Below are positions 26,344-35,802 of a stretch of DNA of 64,000 nucleotides, in pieces. Every line of letters starts with the position of its first letter. Positions within the stretch are counted from its first letter, which is position 1. The DNA is from Clostridia bacterium (GTDB lineage Bacteria > Bacillota > Clostridia > Oscillospirales > CAG-272): the NCBI GenBank assembly GCA_017464805.1, contig JAFTYE010000014.1, positions 8,476-72,475 on the forward strand, written 5' to 3'. The notes under the pieces are model-generated. The model did no database searches and was not told the DNA's origin. It worked only from the letters and a program-made list of their open reading frames with translations. The position numbers and the translations under genes are program-made.

Positions 26344-27168
26344 ATGGAGCATTCGTTTCACCCATTTGTGCGTTATGCCGCGAAAGTGCGGCACTTCCTT
26401 CCCCGAATCAGCGTGGCAAGGGACTGTCGTTTACTGTTTATTTTATCAGGACGCGGGAGCTTCGAGAGTGAGGGGGAGGTCTACTCCTTGAAGGAAAACA
26501 CTCTGGTTTATTATCCTTGCGGCACCTCCTACCGTATTCGATCCGATCCAAAGGACAGACTGCTGTTCTACACGGTGAACTTTGACTTTACACAGGATTT
26601 TTCGCATCTGACGGACACACTTTATCCTGTTCCCGAGAAGAGCTTTGCCTCCAAGGAAACATTGAGGAGCTACGAAGGCTTCGATACCGTTTTTTCAAAA
26701 ATCCAACATATTTCGAACGCGCTCTTTGCCGCTCCCCTGCTGCAATCCATATACGATGAGCATACCAACAGACAGTGCGGATTTCATGAGATACAGGAGG
26801 CGCAAATGGCGATCCTGCTGCTTCTTTTTTCGAGAAGTCTTCATACCGAATCTGTACAAAATCCTATCTGCACGCAAATTCATTCCCTGGTTGCCGAGGA
26901 TCTTTCCCGAAATAATGAGGCCATTGCCGAGCTACTCGGTTATCATCCATACTATCTGAATTCCTTTTTCAAGAAGCGGGAAGGAATCACCTTGCATCAA
27001 TACATTTTACAGCAACGGTTGAGTCGAGCATACGAGCAGATCACCACCACCGATCTGCCGATCGGAGAAATTGCGCTTTCCTGCGGATTTTCTTCACAGC
27101 CCTATTTTTCAAACCTGTTTCAAAAGCGATATCACATTCGTCCGATGCAATTGCGTCAGCAGATATGA
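26344..27168 (+). CDS. AraC-family transcriptional regulator (cupin-type N-terminal domain)
   Basis: C-terminal HTH (CGFSSQPYFSNLFQKRYHIRP). The ATG at 26344 follows GGAGGT; the 26152 extension was rejected. Confidence 0.8.
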   Translation: MEHSFHPFVRYAAKVRHFLPRISVARDCRLLFILSGRGSFESEGEVYSLKENTLVYYPCGTSYRIRSDPKDRLLFYTVNFDFTQDFSHLTDTLYPVPEKSFASKETLRSYEGFDTVFSKIQHISNALFAAPLLQSIYDEHTNRQCGFHEIQEAQMAILLLLFSRSLHTESVQNPICTQIHSLVAEDLSRNNEAIAELLGYHPYYLNSFFKKREGITLHQYILQQRLSRAYEQITTTDLPIGEIALSCGFSSQPYFSNLFQKRYHIRPMQLRQQI

Positions 27169-27175
27169 CAGCATG

Positions 27176-27217
27176 AAAAATGCACCTGCGGTAGCATACT
27201 GCCGCAGGTGCATTTTT
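27176..27217. terminator. Bidirectional terminator
   Basis: AAAAATGCACCTGCGG / CCGCAGGTGCATTTTT inverted repeat. Confidence 0.8.
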
Positions 27218-27233
27218 TCAGAAAAGTATACAC

Positions 27234-27392
27234 TTATGCTTCAGAGAACTGATCCTTGCCCACACCGCACAGGGGGCAGACAAAATCATCACCAAGGTCT
27301 TCCCATTTTGTACCGGGCTCGATGCCGTTCTCGGGATCGCCCAGCTCCTCGTCGTACTCGTAACCGCATACGTCACATACGTATTTCATCAT
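27234..27392 (-). CDS. Rubredoxin
   Basis: Hand-translated: [52 protein letters not shown]. It has two CxxC pairs and an AAGGAG RBS. Confidence 0.9.
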   Translation of the reverse strand: MMKYVCDVCGYEYDEELGDPENGIEPGTKWEDLGDDFVCPLCGVGKDQFSEA

Positions 27393-27419
27393 GTTTTCTC
27401 CTTTTTGTTTTTTATAGAA

Positions 27420-27797
27420 TTATGCCTTCCACAGGCCGTGCAGGTTGCAATATGCGTATACGGCCTCTACCTCGTCGTCCTCGCAGATCGAGAAGCATAC
27501 TTCGGGAGCAGCGTCTGGCGAGAGGAGCTTGCGCTGGTTGCCAAGCTTTGTCGAAAGGGAGACCCATTCTATGTAGTGCTCCGCAGTCATGGGGTGGGCG
27601 ACCGATCCAATCGTCACGATTACGCGATTGCCCTCCACACGGTAAACGGGAACGTGCTTTTCGACAGATGCCTCGGTGGTGCCGGGAATTATTTCCTGCA
27701 TTTTTTCGCCGCAACAAACAGGAATAACACCGGACTCGTGAACCATGGCAATGATATTGCCACAGTGCTTGCATTCAAGAAATTTCTGTTTCATCAT
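27420..27797 (-). CDS. dfx: Desulfoferrodoxin (class I superoxide reductase)
   Basis: N-terminal desulforedoxin Cys cluster (CKHCGN...CCGE) plus the SOR domain. The second ATG (27794) has better RBS spacing. Confidence 0.85.
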   Translation of the reverse strand: MMKQKFLECKHCGNIIAMVHESGVIPVCCGEKMQEIIPGTTEASVEKHVPVYRVEGNRVIVTIGSVAHPMTAEHYIEWVSLSTKLGNQRKLLSPDAAPEVCFSICEDDEVEAVYAYCNLHGLWKA

Positions 27798-27884
27798 GAT
27801 CTCCTTTCAAGATGATCTTCAAATACAGTATAGCATGCTTTTTTTCTTTTTGCAATATATTTTTTTCAATTATATTTTTCCTTT

Positions 27885-27923
27885 TATTAAAAAAGGAAAA
27901 TGGGGCGCAGATATCTGCGCCCC
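27885..27923 (-). terminator. Terminator of the feo operon
   Basis: GGGGCGCAG-ATAT-CTGCGCCCC followed by a U-rich tract on the minus strand. Confidence 0.75.
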
Positions 27924-27928
27924 TTGGC

Positions 27929-28108
27929 TTATTCGTCCCGCCCGCAGTTGCATGCTCCGTCGCACCCGGAGCATCCTTTGCTACAAGAGCCGCTGTCGGG
28001 ACAGCCAATGCACTTTTTGCCGCTTTTTTTCGCCTTGATGATATAGGCGATGGCACCGCCCACAATGAGGGCGATCACGGCGATGACAACACAATCAACA
28101 AGTTCCAT
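27929..28108 (-). CDS. FeoB-associated Cys-rich small membrane protein
   Basis: Hand-translated 59 aa: MELVDCVVIAVIALIVGGAIAYIIKAKKSGKKCIGCPDSGSCSKGCSGCDGACNCGRDE. It has one TM segment and a Cys-rich tail, directly after feoB. Confidence 0.75.
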   Translation of the reverse strand: MELVDCVVIAVIALIVGGAIAYIIKAKKSGKKCIGCPDSGSCSKGCSGCDGACNCGRDE

Positions 28109-28119
28109 GGATCTTACAA

Positions 28120-30171
28120 TTATACGTTAACAGTTTGGGAGGTGGTGCTGAGGGCATATTCTGCCTTCAGCTCTTTGTTCTTCTTCATGATGAGGAACGT
28201 GAGCAGAGCTGCAATAGCGGCCACGACGATCCAGCCGACAAGAGGCATCCAAACGGAGCCGAAGTTCGCACCGGTGAAGAGGGTGCCGAAGAAATAGACG
28301 AGGAAGCCGACCGAGTAGCCGACGGCGAACTGAAGGCCGATGCCTGCCCACAGCCACTTTTTGCTCTTAATCTCGGAGTTCATAGCACCGATCGCAGCGA
28401 AGCAAGGAGGCGTAAAGAGGTTGAACATCAGGTAAGCAAGGGCAGCAACCTTGGTGATCGCCAGGATACCTGCTACCTCGGCACCTGCACCCTCCATGAG
28501 CTCAAGCGCCTCGGTATCAATGAGGTTATCAAGACCGACAAAGCAAACAGCCAGCGTGCCGACGACGTTCTCCTTGGCGATGAAGCCGGTAATCGCTGCA
28601 GCGGCGAGCTGCCAAGCAACAACACCAACAATGGGGGCAAAGATGTAAGCAAAGGGAGTTGCGATGGTGGCGAGGATAGAGTTGCTTGCATCCTCAACAG
28701 GCTGGAAGTTCCAACCGAAGGTCTGCATCAGGTGTACAACAAAGTTGCAGACAAGGATGATGGTACCTGCCTTGACGATGTACGCCCAGCCGCGCTGGCA
28801 CATGGATACAACCGCACGCCACAGGCTGGGAGCCTTATACTCGGGAAGCTCGATGATGAAGTAGGACTTTCTGTTCTTGTAGCCCGTTAGCTTGTTCACA
28901 AGCAGGGCGCAGAGGAGAATCAGAACGATGCCGACGAAGTACATGGTAACACCGACCCATTCGGATTCACCGAAGAAAGCCCCTGCAAAGAGGGAGATAA
29001 CGGGAAGTTTGGCACCGCAGGGCATAAAGGGGGTGAGCATGGCGGTTGCACGGCGTTCGCGCTCGTTACGGATGGTACGGCACGCCATAACGCCGGGGAT
29101 AGCACAGCCAGTACCGATCACAAAGGGGATCACAGACTTGCCGGAAAGACCGACCTTTTTGAAGATGGGGTCGAGAACGACGGTGGCACGAGCCATGTAG
29201 CCGCAATCTTCAAGCAGGGCGATGAGGAAGTACATCACCATAACGAGAGGCAAGAACCCTACAACGGCACCCACACCGCCGATGATACCGTCCACAACGA
29301 TGGAGGCAAGTAACGGATTGGCATTTTCCATCAGGCCGCCAACCCATTCACCGAACATTTCGATGAAGGTAACAAGACCGGGAATAGCAAAACCATTTTC
29401 AAATTCATACCCCTCGGCGATCCAAACACCGGGACCTGCCTGAGAGAGCCAGAAAACAGCGAACATGATAGCGGCGAAGATCGGAATGCCGAGCCATTTG
29501 TTAGTCAGGACGGCGTCGATCTTATCCTGGAAATTCTTTTCCTTGGTCAAAACCTTACGGGTCTCGGTAGCCTCCACGATCTTGTTCACAAAGGCAAAGC
29601 GTTTTCTGTCGGCTGCCTCGACAACGACTTTGTCTGTCAAGTCGATATCTCCCTGCGAGTAGGGAGCGGACTGACGCTGGCCGAGAAGGCCGTGTGCGGC
29701 CTTGACCAGCTCCGCAAGGCCCTTAGCGGAGGTAGAAACGGTTTCTATCACAGGACATCCAAGCTTTGTCGAAAGCAGGGCGACGTCGATCTTATTCCCT
29801 TTCTTCTGGTTGACGTCGGTCTTGTTCAGCGCGACTACGACAGGAATACCGAGCTCGAGCAGCTGGGTGGTAAAGAACAGGCTACGGCTGAGGTTGGTGG
29901 CATCCACGATGTTGATGATCGCGTCAGGTTTCTCTTCCCTGACGTAGGCACTGGTGATGCTCTCTTCCGAAGTGAAGGGGGACATCGAGTAGGCACCGGG
30001 AAGGTCGACTGCGATCAACTCCGCGTCGCCCGCGTAGTTCTTTTTGATGGGATGCTCCTTTCGCTCCACGGTAACGCCCGCCCAGTTGCCGACCTTTTCA
30101 CTGCGACCGGTGAGGGCGTTATACATGGTGGTTTTGCCACTGTTGGGGTTACCCGCAAGTGCAATTCTCAT
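28120..30171 (-). CDS. feoB: Ferrous iron transporter FeoB
   Basis: G domain (GNPNSGKTT, DLPG, NKTD) followed by a polytopic membrane domain. The ATG at 30171 follows GGAGGAAG. Confidence 0.95.
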   Translation of the reverse strand: MRIALAGNPNSGKTTMYNALTGRSEKVGNWAGVTVERKEHPIKKNYAGDAELIAVDLPGAYSMSPFTSEESITSAYVREEKPDAIINIVDATNLSRSLFFTTQLLELGIPVVVALNKTDVNQKKGNKIDVALLSTKLGCPVIETVSTSAKGLAELVKAAHGLLGQRQSAPYSQGDIDLTDKVVVEAADRKRFAFVNKIVEATETRKVLTKEKNFQDKIDAVLTNKWLGIPIFAAIMFAVFWLSQAGPGVWIAEGYEFENGFAIPGLVTFIEMFGEWVGGLMENANPLLASIVVDGIIGGVGAVVGFLPLVMVMYFLIALLEDCGYMARATVVLDPIFKKVGLSGKSVIPFVIGTGCAIPGVMACRTIRNERERRATAMLTPFMPCGAKLPVISLFAGAFFGESEWVGVTMYFVGIVLILLCALLVNKLTGYKNRKSYFIIELPEYKAPSLWRAVVSMCQRGWAYIVKAGTIILVCNFVVHLMQTFGWNFQPVEDASNSILATIATPFAYIFAPIVGVVAWQLAAAAITGFIAKENVVGTLAVCFVGLDNLIDTEALELMEGAGAEVAGILAITKVAALAYLMFNLFTPPCFAAIGAMNSEIKSKKWLWAGIGLQFAVGYSVGFLVYFFGTLFTGANFGSVWMPLVGWIVVAAIAALLTFLIMKKNKELKAEYALSTTSQTVNV

Positions 30172-30220
30172 GTTTTCTTCCTCCAAATATATTCAAATTT
30201 TATGAAAACCTTATTTTTGC

Positions 30221-30238
30221 AGTTAGCGCAAGCTAACC
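30221..30238. promoter_or_regulatory. Palindromic operator 1 (7-4-7)
   Basis: AGTTAGC-GCAA-GCTAACC in the feoA-feoB spacer, followed by ATTGGGCAAAAAAA. Confidence 0.5.
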
Positions 30239-30276
30239 ATTGGGCAAAAAAATTGAGTCGACACAGCGCACGCGCA

Positions 30277-30294
30277 GGTTAGCCTTGGCTAACC
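30277..30294. promoter_or_regulatory. Palindromic operator 2 (7-4-7)
   Basis: GGTTAGC-CTTG-GCTAACC (perfect palindrome), followed by GTTGGGCAAAAAAA. Confidence 0.5.
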
Positions 30295-30326
30295 GTTGGG
30301 CAAAAAAATAATCGGTTGATTATTTT

Positions 30327-30542
30327 TTATTCTACAACAATGGCATCTGCCAAGTCGACATCAACATTATATCTGCCATCCTTTACCGAGATGACCATGC
30401 CGCTCTTGCGACGGGCAATAACGGTGATGGGCTCGCCGCTGTAGCAACCGAGAGAGAACAAAAAGGCATTTAGATCCTCATCGTCCGTTCTGATCTCACG
30501 GATGATATATTCCTTTCCTTCCTCGGCGGTAAGAAGCGTCAT
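30327..30542 (-). CDS. feoA: FeoA family protein
   Basis: 71-aa SH3-like FeoA (EGKEYIIREI...GEPITVI...). Confidence 0.85.
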   Translation of the reverse strand: MTLLTAEEGKEYIIREIRTDDEDLNAFLFSLGCYSGEPITVIARRKSGMVISVKDGRYNVDVDLADAIVVE

Positions 30543-30564
30543 GATTCCCCCCTGCGTGGCAAAC

Positions 30565-30582
30565 GGTTAGCAGAAACCAACC
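30565..30582. promoter_or_regulatory. Palindromic operator 3 (degenerate right half)
   Basis: GGTTAGC-AGAA-ACCAACC in the feoA 5' UTR. Confidence 0.35.
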
Positions 30583-30599
30583 GCGCAACTGAAAATAGT

Positions 30600-30617
30600 G
30601 GTTAGCCTTTGCTAACC
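30600..30617. promoter_or_regulatory. Palindromic operator 4 (7-4-7) over the predicted feoA transcription start
   Basis: GGTTAGC-CTTT-GCTAACC, 8 nt downstream of the -10 box. Confidence 0.55.
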
Positions 30618-30624
30618 ATGGGAT

Positions 30625-30653
30625 ATTATACACCCTTCTCTATGTTTTGTCAA
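30625..30653 (-). promoter_or_regulatory. Consensus sigma-70 promoter of feoA
   Basis: TTGACA, 17-nt spacer, TATAAT on the minus strand. Confidence 0.7.
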
Positions 30654-30720
30654 TACCTTTTTGAAATTTTTTCAAAATAAAAAAATGTCCGAAATCAAAG
30701 ATTCTTGCACAAAAACCCAC

Positions 30721-30749
30721 TTGTATTCGATTTTTGTATATAGTATAAT
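30721..30749 (+). promoter_or_regulatory. Promoter of the oxidoreductase/deacetylase pair
   Basis: TTGTAT, 17-nt spacer, TATAAT. Confidence 0.55.
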
Positions 30750-30785
30750 ATTTTTACAAGTAATTGGCAAGGAGACCGTATAATA

Positions 30786-31802
30786 ATGGAAAAAATCAAG
30801 GTTGCCCTAATCGGATTTGGCGGTATTGCCCGTTTTCATAATGCAGCCTACAAGACTCTTTCCGCGAAAGGAGTACCTGTGGAGCTTGTGGCGGTTTGCG
30901 ACCGAAACATGGAACAGTTTACCAAGGAGATCGCCATCAATTTTGGCGGCGGCGATTCTACGATTCCTGCCGGGGCTCGTACCTACACGGACGTAGACGA
31001 GATGATCACACACGAGGATTTCGACATGGCGGACATCTGCCTTCCCTCCTTTTTACACAAGGAATACACGGTCAAGCTCCTTTCGGCAGGCAAGCATGTT
31101 CTGTGCGAAAAGCCGATGGCCCTTTCCTACGAGGATGCCGAAGAGATGATGCGGATGGCCAAGAAAAACGACCGCCGTTTGATGATCGGACTGGATCTGC
31201 ATTTCACTCCCGAATATCTGTTTCTTGGCGATGCGATCCGAAGCGAGGAGTTCGGTCGGCTCGAATATATCCATCTGTGGCGCAACAGTATGTATCCCAA
31301 TTGGGGTGCGGGCGATCACTTCTCCAATAGAAAGAAGAGCGGCGGATTGGTAATCGACATGCATGTTCACGATGTGGACATCATACGCCATTTTCTTGGC
31401 GAGCCAACATCCTTTGACGTACTGACCTACGACAACATCCCATACTGTCAGACAGTCACCACCCTTCTCTACTATCCCACCCTTGCAGTGAAAATCGATT
31501 CCTGTTGGGACAAGGCACATCTGACGCCGTTTGATGCGGGCTACGACGCAAAATTCGAGCGTGCGGCGGTGCGCTGCGACGGGAACAAGCTAACCGTTAT
31601 CCCCTACGAAAGAGAACCTTACTCCCCCGCCTTGACGGCGGTTGACGGATACGCCGAGGAGATTGCGTATATGATGGAACTGATTTTGGAGCCAACCAAG
31701 AAAAACGAAGCAAATCCTCCCGAGGGGACGCTCGCAACCGTTAGACTGATGAGCGAGATCCAGGAGCTTGGTGACAAAAAGGCTGCCACCATGAAGGCGT
31801 AA
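30786..31802 (+). CDS. Gfo/Idh/MocA family oxidoreductase
   Basis: KVALIGFGGIARFH Rossmann N-terminus and EKP motif (VLCEKPMA). Confidence 0.85.
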   Translation: MEKIKVALIGFGGIARFHNAAYKTLSAKGVPVELVAVCDRNMEQFTKEIAINFGGGDSTIPAGARTYTDVDEMITHEDFDMADICLPSFLHKEYTVKLLSAGKHVLCEKPMALSYEDAEEMMRMAKKNDRRLMIGLDLHFTPEYLFLGDAIRSEEFGRLEYIHLWRNSMYPNWGAGDHFSNRKKSGGLVIDMHVHDVDIIRHFLGEPTSFDVLTYDNIPYCQTVTTLLYYPTLAVKIDSCWDKAHLTPFDAGYDAKFERAAVRCDGNKLTVIPYEREPYSPALTAVDGYAEEIAYMMELILEPTKKNEANPPEGTLATVRLMSEIQELGDKKAATMKA

Positions 31803-31815
31803 CGGAGGAGGACAC

Positions 31816-32520
31816 ATGTATACTGTATTGGCTATTTTGGCGCATCCCGACGATATGGAGATCGCCTGCGGCGGCACATTGCTGAAATGCAAGGGGCGCG
31901 GCGACCGCGTGGTGTCCTGTTACCTTTGCAGCGGCAATATGGGGCATGTGGTGGTCATGCCCGACGAGCTTCGGCGGATCCGTGCGGGTGAGGCAAAGAA
32001 AAGCGGCGACATGGGCGGCTTTGAAGTGATCTGGGGCGGCTTTGACGATCTGGATCTGTACGAGACGAAGGAAGCGCGTGACCGCGTGGTGGATATCGTT
32101 CGCCGTGTGAATCCCGATTTCATCATCACGCATGCGCCGAACGACTACATGTCCGACCACACCGCAACCTCGAAGCTGGTATTTGACGCGGCCTTCTCGG
32201 CTACCTGTCCGCACTACGAAACAGAGGTGGAGGGCACCGCCAAGATGGTGCCGATCTTCTACGCGGAGACCTCCAACGGCATTGATTTCAACCCCACCGA
32301 ATACGTGGACGTGACACCGTTCATGGAGAAAAAGCTGGAGATGGCGCGTTGCCATGCCTCGCAGGTGCAGTGGCTCCTCGATCATGACGGTGTGGACTTT
32401 ATCGAGCAAGTCTGCATTTCTTCCAAATATCGCGGCTACCAGTGCGGTGCCACCTATGCAGAAGGCTTTACGCAATGCCGCACAGACATGCGTCTGTCCA
32501 CGAAGCGGTATCTGCCTTGA
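31816..32520 (+). CDS. PIG-L (LmbE-like) family deacetylase
   Basis: AHPDDMEIACGGTL zinc-site motif. Confidence 0.85.
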   Translation: MYTVLAILAHPDDMEIACGGTLLKCKGRGDRVVSCYLCSGNMGHVVVMPDELRRIRAGEAKKSGDMGGFEVIWGGFDDLDLYETKEARDRVVDIVRRVNPDFIITHAPNDYMSDHTATSKLVFDAAFSATCPHYETEVEGTAKMVPIFYAETSNGIDFNPTEYVDVTPFMEKKLEMARCHASQVQWLLDHDGVDFIEQVCISSKYRGYQCGATYAEGFTQCRTDMRLSTKRYLP

Positions 32521-32533
32521 AATATATCATCAA

Positions 32534-32561
32534 AAAGCCACCAACTTTACTTGGTGGCTTT
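32534..32561. terminator. Bidirectional terminator
   Basis: AAAGCCACCAA-CTTTAC-TTGGTGGCTTT. Confidence 0.8.
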
Positions 32562-32563
32562 TC

Positions 32564-33310
32564 TTATTTTTTTGCCTCACGGATGCCCGCTAGGACGGTT
32601 TTTTTTGCCGCTACGGCCTTTTCTGTCGGAAGAGGGGACAAATGCGCGAGGGGGTACGGAATGCCCAAGCCGGCGTATTTTTGCGCGCCAAGGGCATGAT
32701 AAGGCAGGACATCAAGTGCCTTGACGTTTGGCATCTCTCCGATAAGACGGCCGAGCGAAAGGAGCTCCTCTTCATCGTCCGTGAGTCCTTCGACCACCAC
32801 GCGTCGAATCCAGACGGTGATATTCTTATCCGTCAGGTAGCGTGCGAAATCCAGCACGGCAGCATTATCCATACCTGTCAGCATCTTGTGCTTTTCGGGA
32901 TCGGTGTGCTTGATATCCAACATGACGAGATCGGTATGGGACATAAGATCATCCAACATGGAAAGGTAAACAGGATCACGGTGAAAGGTCACGCCTGCCG
33001 TATCAAGACAGGTATGAATTCCCTCCTCTCTCGCGGCCTTAAAAAGCGCGCACAGGAACGGAAGCTGTAATAGAGGCTCACCACCGCTGACGGTGATGCC
33101 ACCATTCCTGTAGAACATGCGGTTCTTGCGATATTCGGAAAGCACATCTTCCACGGTGACGGACGTACCGCCGTGAATATCCCAAGTGTCAGGATTATGA
33201 CAATACAGACAACGTGCGGGGCAACCTTGCATAAACAAGACGTAGCGCACACCGGGGCCGTCCACTGTACCGAAGCTTTCCCTTGAATGGATGTAGCCCG
33301 TGGCCATCAA
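32564..33310 (-). CDS. pflA: Pyruvate formate-lyase activating enzyme
   Basis: [30 protein letters not shown] radical-SAM activase N-terminus. The start overlaps the upstream gene in an ATGA junction. Confidence 0.9.
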   Translation of the reverse strand: MMATGYIHSRESFGTVDGPGVRYVLFMQGCPARCLYCHNPDTWDIHGGTSVTVEDVLSEYRKNRMFYRNGGITVSGGEPLLQLPFLCALFKAAREEGIHTCLDTAGVTFHRDPVYLSMLDDLMSHTDLVMLDIKHTDPEKHKMLTGMDNAAVLDFARYLTDKNITVWIRRVVVEGLTDDEEELLSLGRLIGEMPNVKALDVLPYHALGAQKYAGLGIPYPLAHLSPLPTEKAVAAKKTVLAGIREAKK

Positions 33311-33552
33311 AACTTATCGTGGAAGGTACGGGCAATGACCTCGTCCTGCTGTTCCTTGGTCAGCTTGATGAAGTTCACGGCATAGCCGCTGACGCGCACG
33401 GTCAGCTGGGGGTATTTTTCGGGATGCGCCTGGGCATCGAGAAGGGTTTCTTTTGTAAAGACGTTGACGTTGAGATGGTGGCCGCCTTTTTGGACGTAAC
33501 CGTCCAGCAGGGCGACCAGATTGTCAACCTGTTGTTTCGTTGCTGCCATCAT
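33307..33552 (-). CDS. Stand-alone glycyl-radical domain protein (GrcA/YfiD-like), equivalent to the C-terminal about 70 aa of PflB
   Basis: GGHHLNVNV...[18 protein letters not shown]...[11 protein letters not shown]. It has its own AAGGAG RBS 5 nt before the ATG. Confidence 0.85.
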   Translation of the reverse strand: MMAATKQQVDNLVALLDGYVQKGGHHLNVNVFTKETLLDAQAHPEKYPQLTVRVSGYAVNFIKLTKEQQDEVIARTFHDKF

Positions 33553-33567
33553 TTTTTCTCCTTGTTT

Positions 33568-35658
33568 TTAATCGTTAAAATTCATGGGGATCTGACATGC
33601 ACCATCCGGACAGCAGTCCAACTCGACGGCGAGATCTCCTGCAAAAATACGCTCGTCCTTTCCAAGGGCTCCGGGGATGATCGAGAAGGTATTGGAGATA
33701 CCGTCTTGTGCATCGGCAAAGGGAAGCTTGGCCACCGAGGCGAGAGAGGCCACGGCACCGTGCGTGTCGCGGCGATGCATGGGGTTTGCGCCCGGGGCGA
33801 AGGCTTCGCCTCTCTTACGCCCATCGGGGGTTGCGCCGGTATTCTTACCGTACACCACGTTCGAGGTGATAGTCAGGATCGAGGTAGTAGGCACACCGTC
33901 ACGGTAGGTGCGATTTTTGCGAATATGCTCCATGAAGCGGTGAACGACGTCATAGGCGATGGAGTCCACGCGGTCATCGTCGTTGCCGAACTTCGGGAAG
34001 TCCCCTTCTACGGCGTAATCCACGGCGAGGCCGTCCTGATTGCGAATGACCTTGACCTTGGCGTACTTAATCGCGGAAAGGGAGTCTGCAACGACGGAAA
34101 GTCCTGCGATGCCCGTTGCAAACCAACGCTTGACCTCGCGGTCGTGAAGGGCCATTTGCAGCTTCTCATAGCAGTATTTATCGTGCATATAGTGAATGAT
34201 ATTGAGGGTATTCACGTACACACCCGCAAGCCATTCCATCATGGCATCATATTTCGCCCAGACCTCGTCAAAATCGAGATATTCCGAGGTGATCGGGATG
34301 AATTTGGGGGCTACCTGTGCACCGGAGATCTCGTCCACACCGCCGTTGATGGCATAGAGCAGACATTTGGCCAGGTTGGCACGCGCACCGAAGAACTGCA
34401 TTTCCTTGCCGAGGCGCATCGAGGATACGCAGCAGGCGATCGCGTAGTCATCACCGTGCGTAGGACGCATCAGATCATCGTTCTCATACTGCACGGAGGA
34501 GGTTTCGATCGACATTCTCGCGCAGAAGCGCTTGAAGTTTTCCGGAAGCTTGGTGGACCAAAGAACGGTGAGGTTCGGTTCGGGAGCCGCGCCGAGGTTG
34601 GTCAGGGTGTGCAGATAGCGGAAGGACATTTTGGTGACCATGTGCCGTCCGTCGACAGCCACACCGCCAATGGATTCGGTGACCCATTGTGGGTCGCCCG
34701 AAAACAGGGCGTTATATTCGGGAGTACGAGCGAATTTGATCAGACGGAGCTTCATGATAAAGTGGTCGACCATTTCTTGGATCTCTTTTTCGGTGAAAAG
34801 ACCGTTTTTGAGATCACGCTCCGCATAGATATCCAGGAAGGTGGAGGTTCTGCCAAGCGACATGGCAGCACCGTTCTGCTCCTTCACGGCGGCGAGATAA
34901 GCGAAATAAAGCCACTGGATCGCTTCCTTGGTATTGGCGGCAGGGCGGGAGATATCAAAGCCGTAGCCGGCGGCCATGGTTTTGAGATCCTGTAAGGCAC
35001 GGATCTGCTCCGAGAGTTCTTCCCTGTCCCGAATGATCGCATCATACATCGCGGAGCGGGTGGTTTCCTTTTGCGCCTGCTTGTCCGCGATCAGGCGGTC
35101 GATGCCGTAAAGGGCAACACGACGATAATCGCCGATGATACGACCGCGTCCGTAAGCATCCGGCAGGCCGGTGATGATATGGCTGGAGCGACATGCGCGC
35201 ATTTCGGGAGTGTAGGCATCAAAGACGCCCGCATTGTGCGTTTTGCGGTGTACGGTGAAAAATTCCTTGACCTGTGGGTCAAGCTCATAGCCGTTCTCGG
35301 AGCAGGCTTTTTCCGCCATGCGGATGCCACCGTAGGGCATGAGGGCACGCTTTAGGGGTTTATCGGTTTGCAGACCGACGATCCGTTCCTTCTCGCGGCA
35401 AAGGTAGCCGGGCTTGTGCGAAACAATGGTGGAGATGATTTTGGTATCCATATCCAGCACGCCGCCCGCTTCTCTTTCCTTTTGGAACAGATCCAGCACC
35501 TGCGACCAAAGATCAGAGGTATCCTGCGTAGGGGATTCCAAAAATTCCTCGTCCCCGTCATAAGGTGTGTAGTTGTGACGGATAAAGCTACGGACATTGA
35601 CTTCTTTTCTCCAAGTTCCGTCGCAAAAGCCGTTCCATTCCTCATATTGATATTTCAT
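33568..35658 (-). CDS. pflB: Formate C-acetyltransferase (pyruvate formate-lyase) body lacking the glycyl-radical domain
   Basis: 696 aa. The catalytic Cys-Cys is present (AIACCVSSM). It is colinear with PflB up to ...[10 protein letters not shown], then has a 28-aa non-homologous Cys-rich tail ([28 protein letters not shown]) and a TAA stop. Confidence 0.85.
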   Translation of the reverse strand: MKYQYEEWNGFCDGTWRKEVNVRSFIRHNYTPYDGDEEFLESPTQDTSDLWSQVLDLFQKEREAGGVLDMDTKIISTIVSHKPGYLCREKERIVGLQTDKPLKRALMPYGGIRMAEKACSENGYELDPQVKEFFTVHRKTHNAGVFDAYTPEMRACRSSHIITGLPDAYGRGRIIGDYRRVALYGIDRLIADKQAQKETTRSAMYDAIIRDREELSEQIRALQDLKTMAAGYGFDISRPAANTKEAIQWLYFAYLAAVKEQNGAAMSLGRTSTFLDIYAERDLKNGLFTEKEIQEMVDHFIMKLRLIKFARTPEYNALFSGDPQWVTESIGGVAVDGRHMVTKMSFRYLHTLTNLGAAPEPNLTVLWSTKLPENFKRFCARMSIETSSVQYENDDLMRPTHGDDYAIACCVSSMRLGKEMQFFGARANLAKCLLYAINGGVDEISGAQVAPKFIPITSEYLDFDEVWAKYDAMMEWLAGVYVNTLNIIHYMHDKYCYEKLQMALHDREVKRWFATGIAGLSVVADSLSAIKYAKVKVIRNQDGLAVDYAVEGDFPKFGNDDDRVDSIAYDVVHRFMEHIRKNRTYRDGVPTTSILTITSNVVYGKNTGATPDGRKRGEAFAPGANPMHRRDTHGAVASLASVAKLPFADAQDGISNTFSIIPGALGKDERIFAGDLAVELDCCPDGACQIPMNFND

Positions 35659-35689
35659 GGTGAGAACCTCGCTTGCATTCTATAATCTT

Positions 35690-35718
35690 ATTATAACATA
35701 AGAAAAGAGCTTGGTCAA
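35690..35718 (-). promoter_or_regulatory. Promoter of the pfl operon
   Basis: TTGACC, 17-nt spacer, TATAAT on the minus strand. Confidence 0.65.
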
Positions 35719-35761
35719 CCGATTTTGAATAGTTTATTTTTTAACAAAAAAGGAGGATGAA

Positions 35762-35792
35762 AGAAAAAAGGGAGAACGAATGTTCTCCCTTT
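35762..35792 (-). terminator. Terminator of the 12.7-kb ABC operon
   Basis: AAGGGAGAAC-GAAT-GTTCTCCCTT followed by a U-tract on the minus strand. Confidence 0.75.
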
Positions 35793-35802
35793 TTGGGGTT
35801 GA

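Noticed and set aside
30221-30294. feoA-feoB spacer hairpins as transcription terminators
   Set aside because: On the transcribed (minus) strand the stems are preceded, not followed, by the U-run. On the plus strand they are followed by an A-run. A protein operator is more consistent.
33283-34995. 570-aa plus-strand ORF covering most of the pfl region
   Set aside because: It is antisense to a strongly supported PflB reading frame. The translation is low-information (Gly/Val/His/Asp/Arg-rich) with no motif, RBS or promoter. This is a typical shadow ORF in GC-rich coding DNA.
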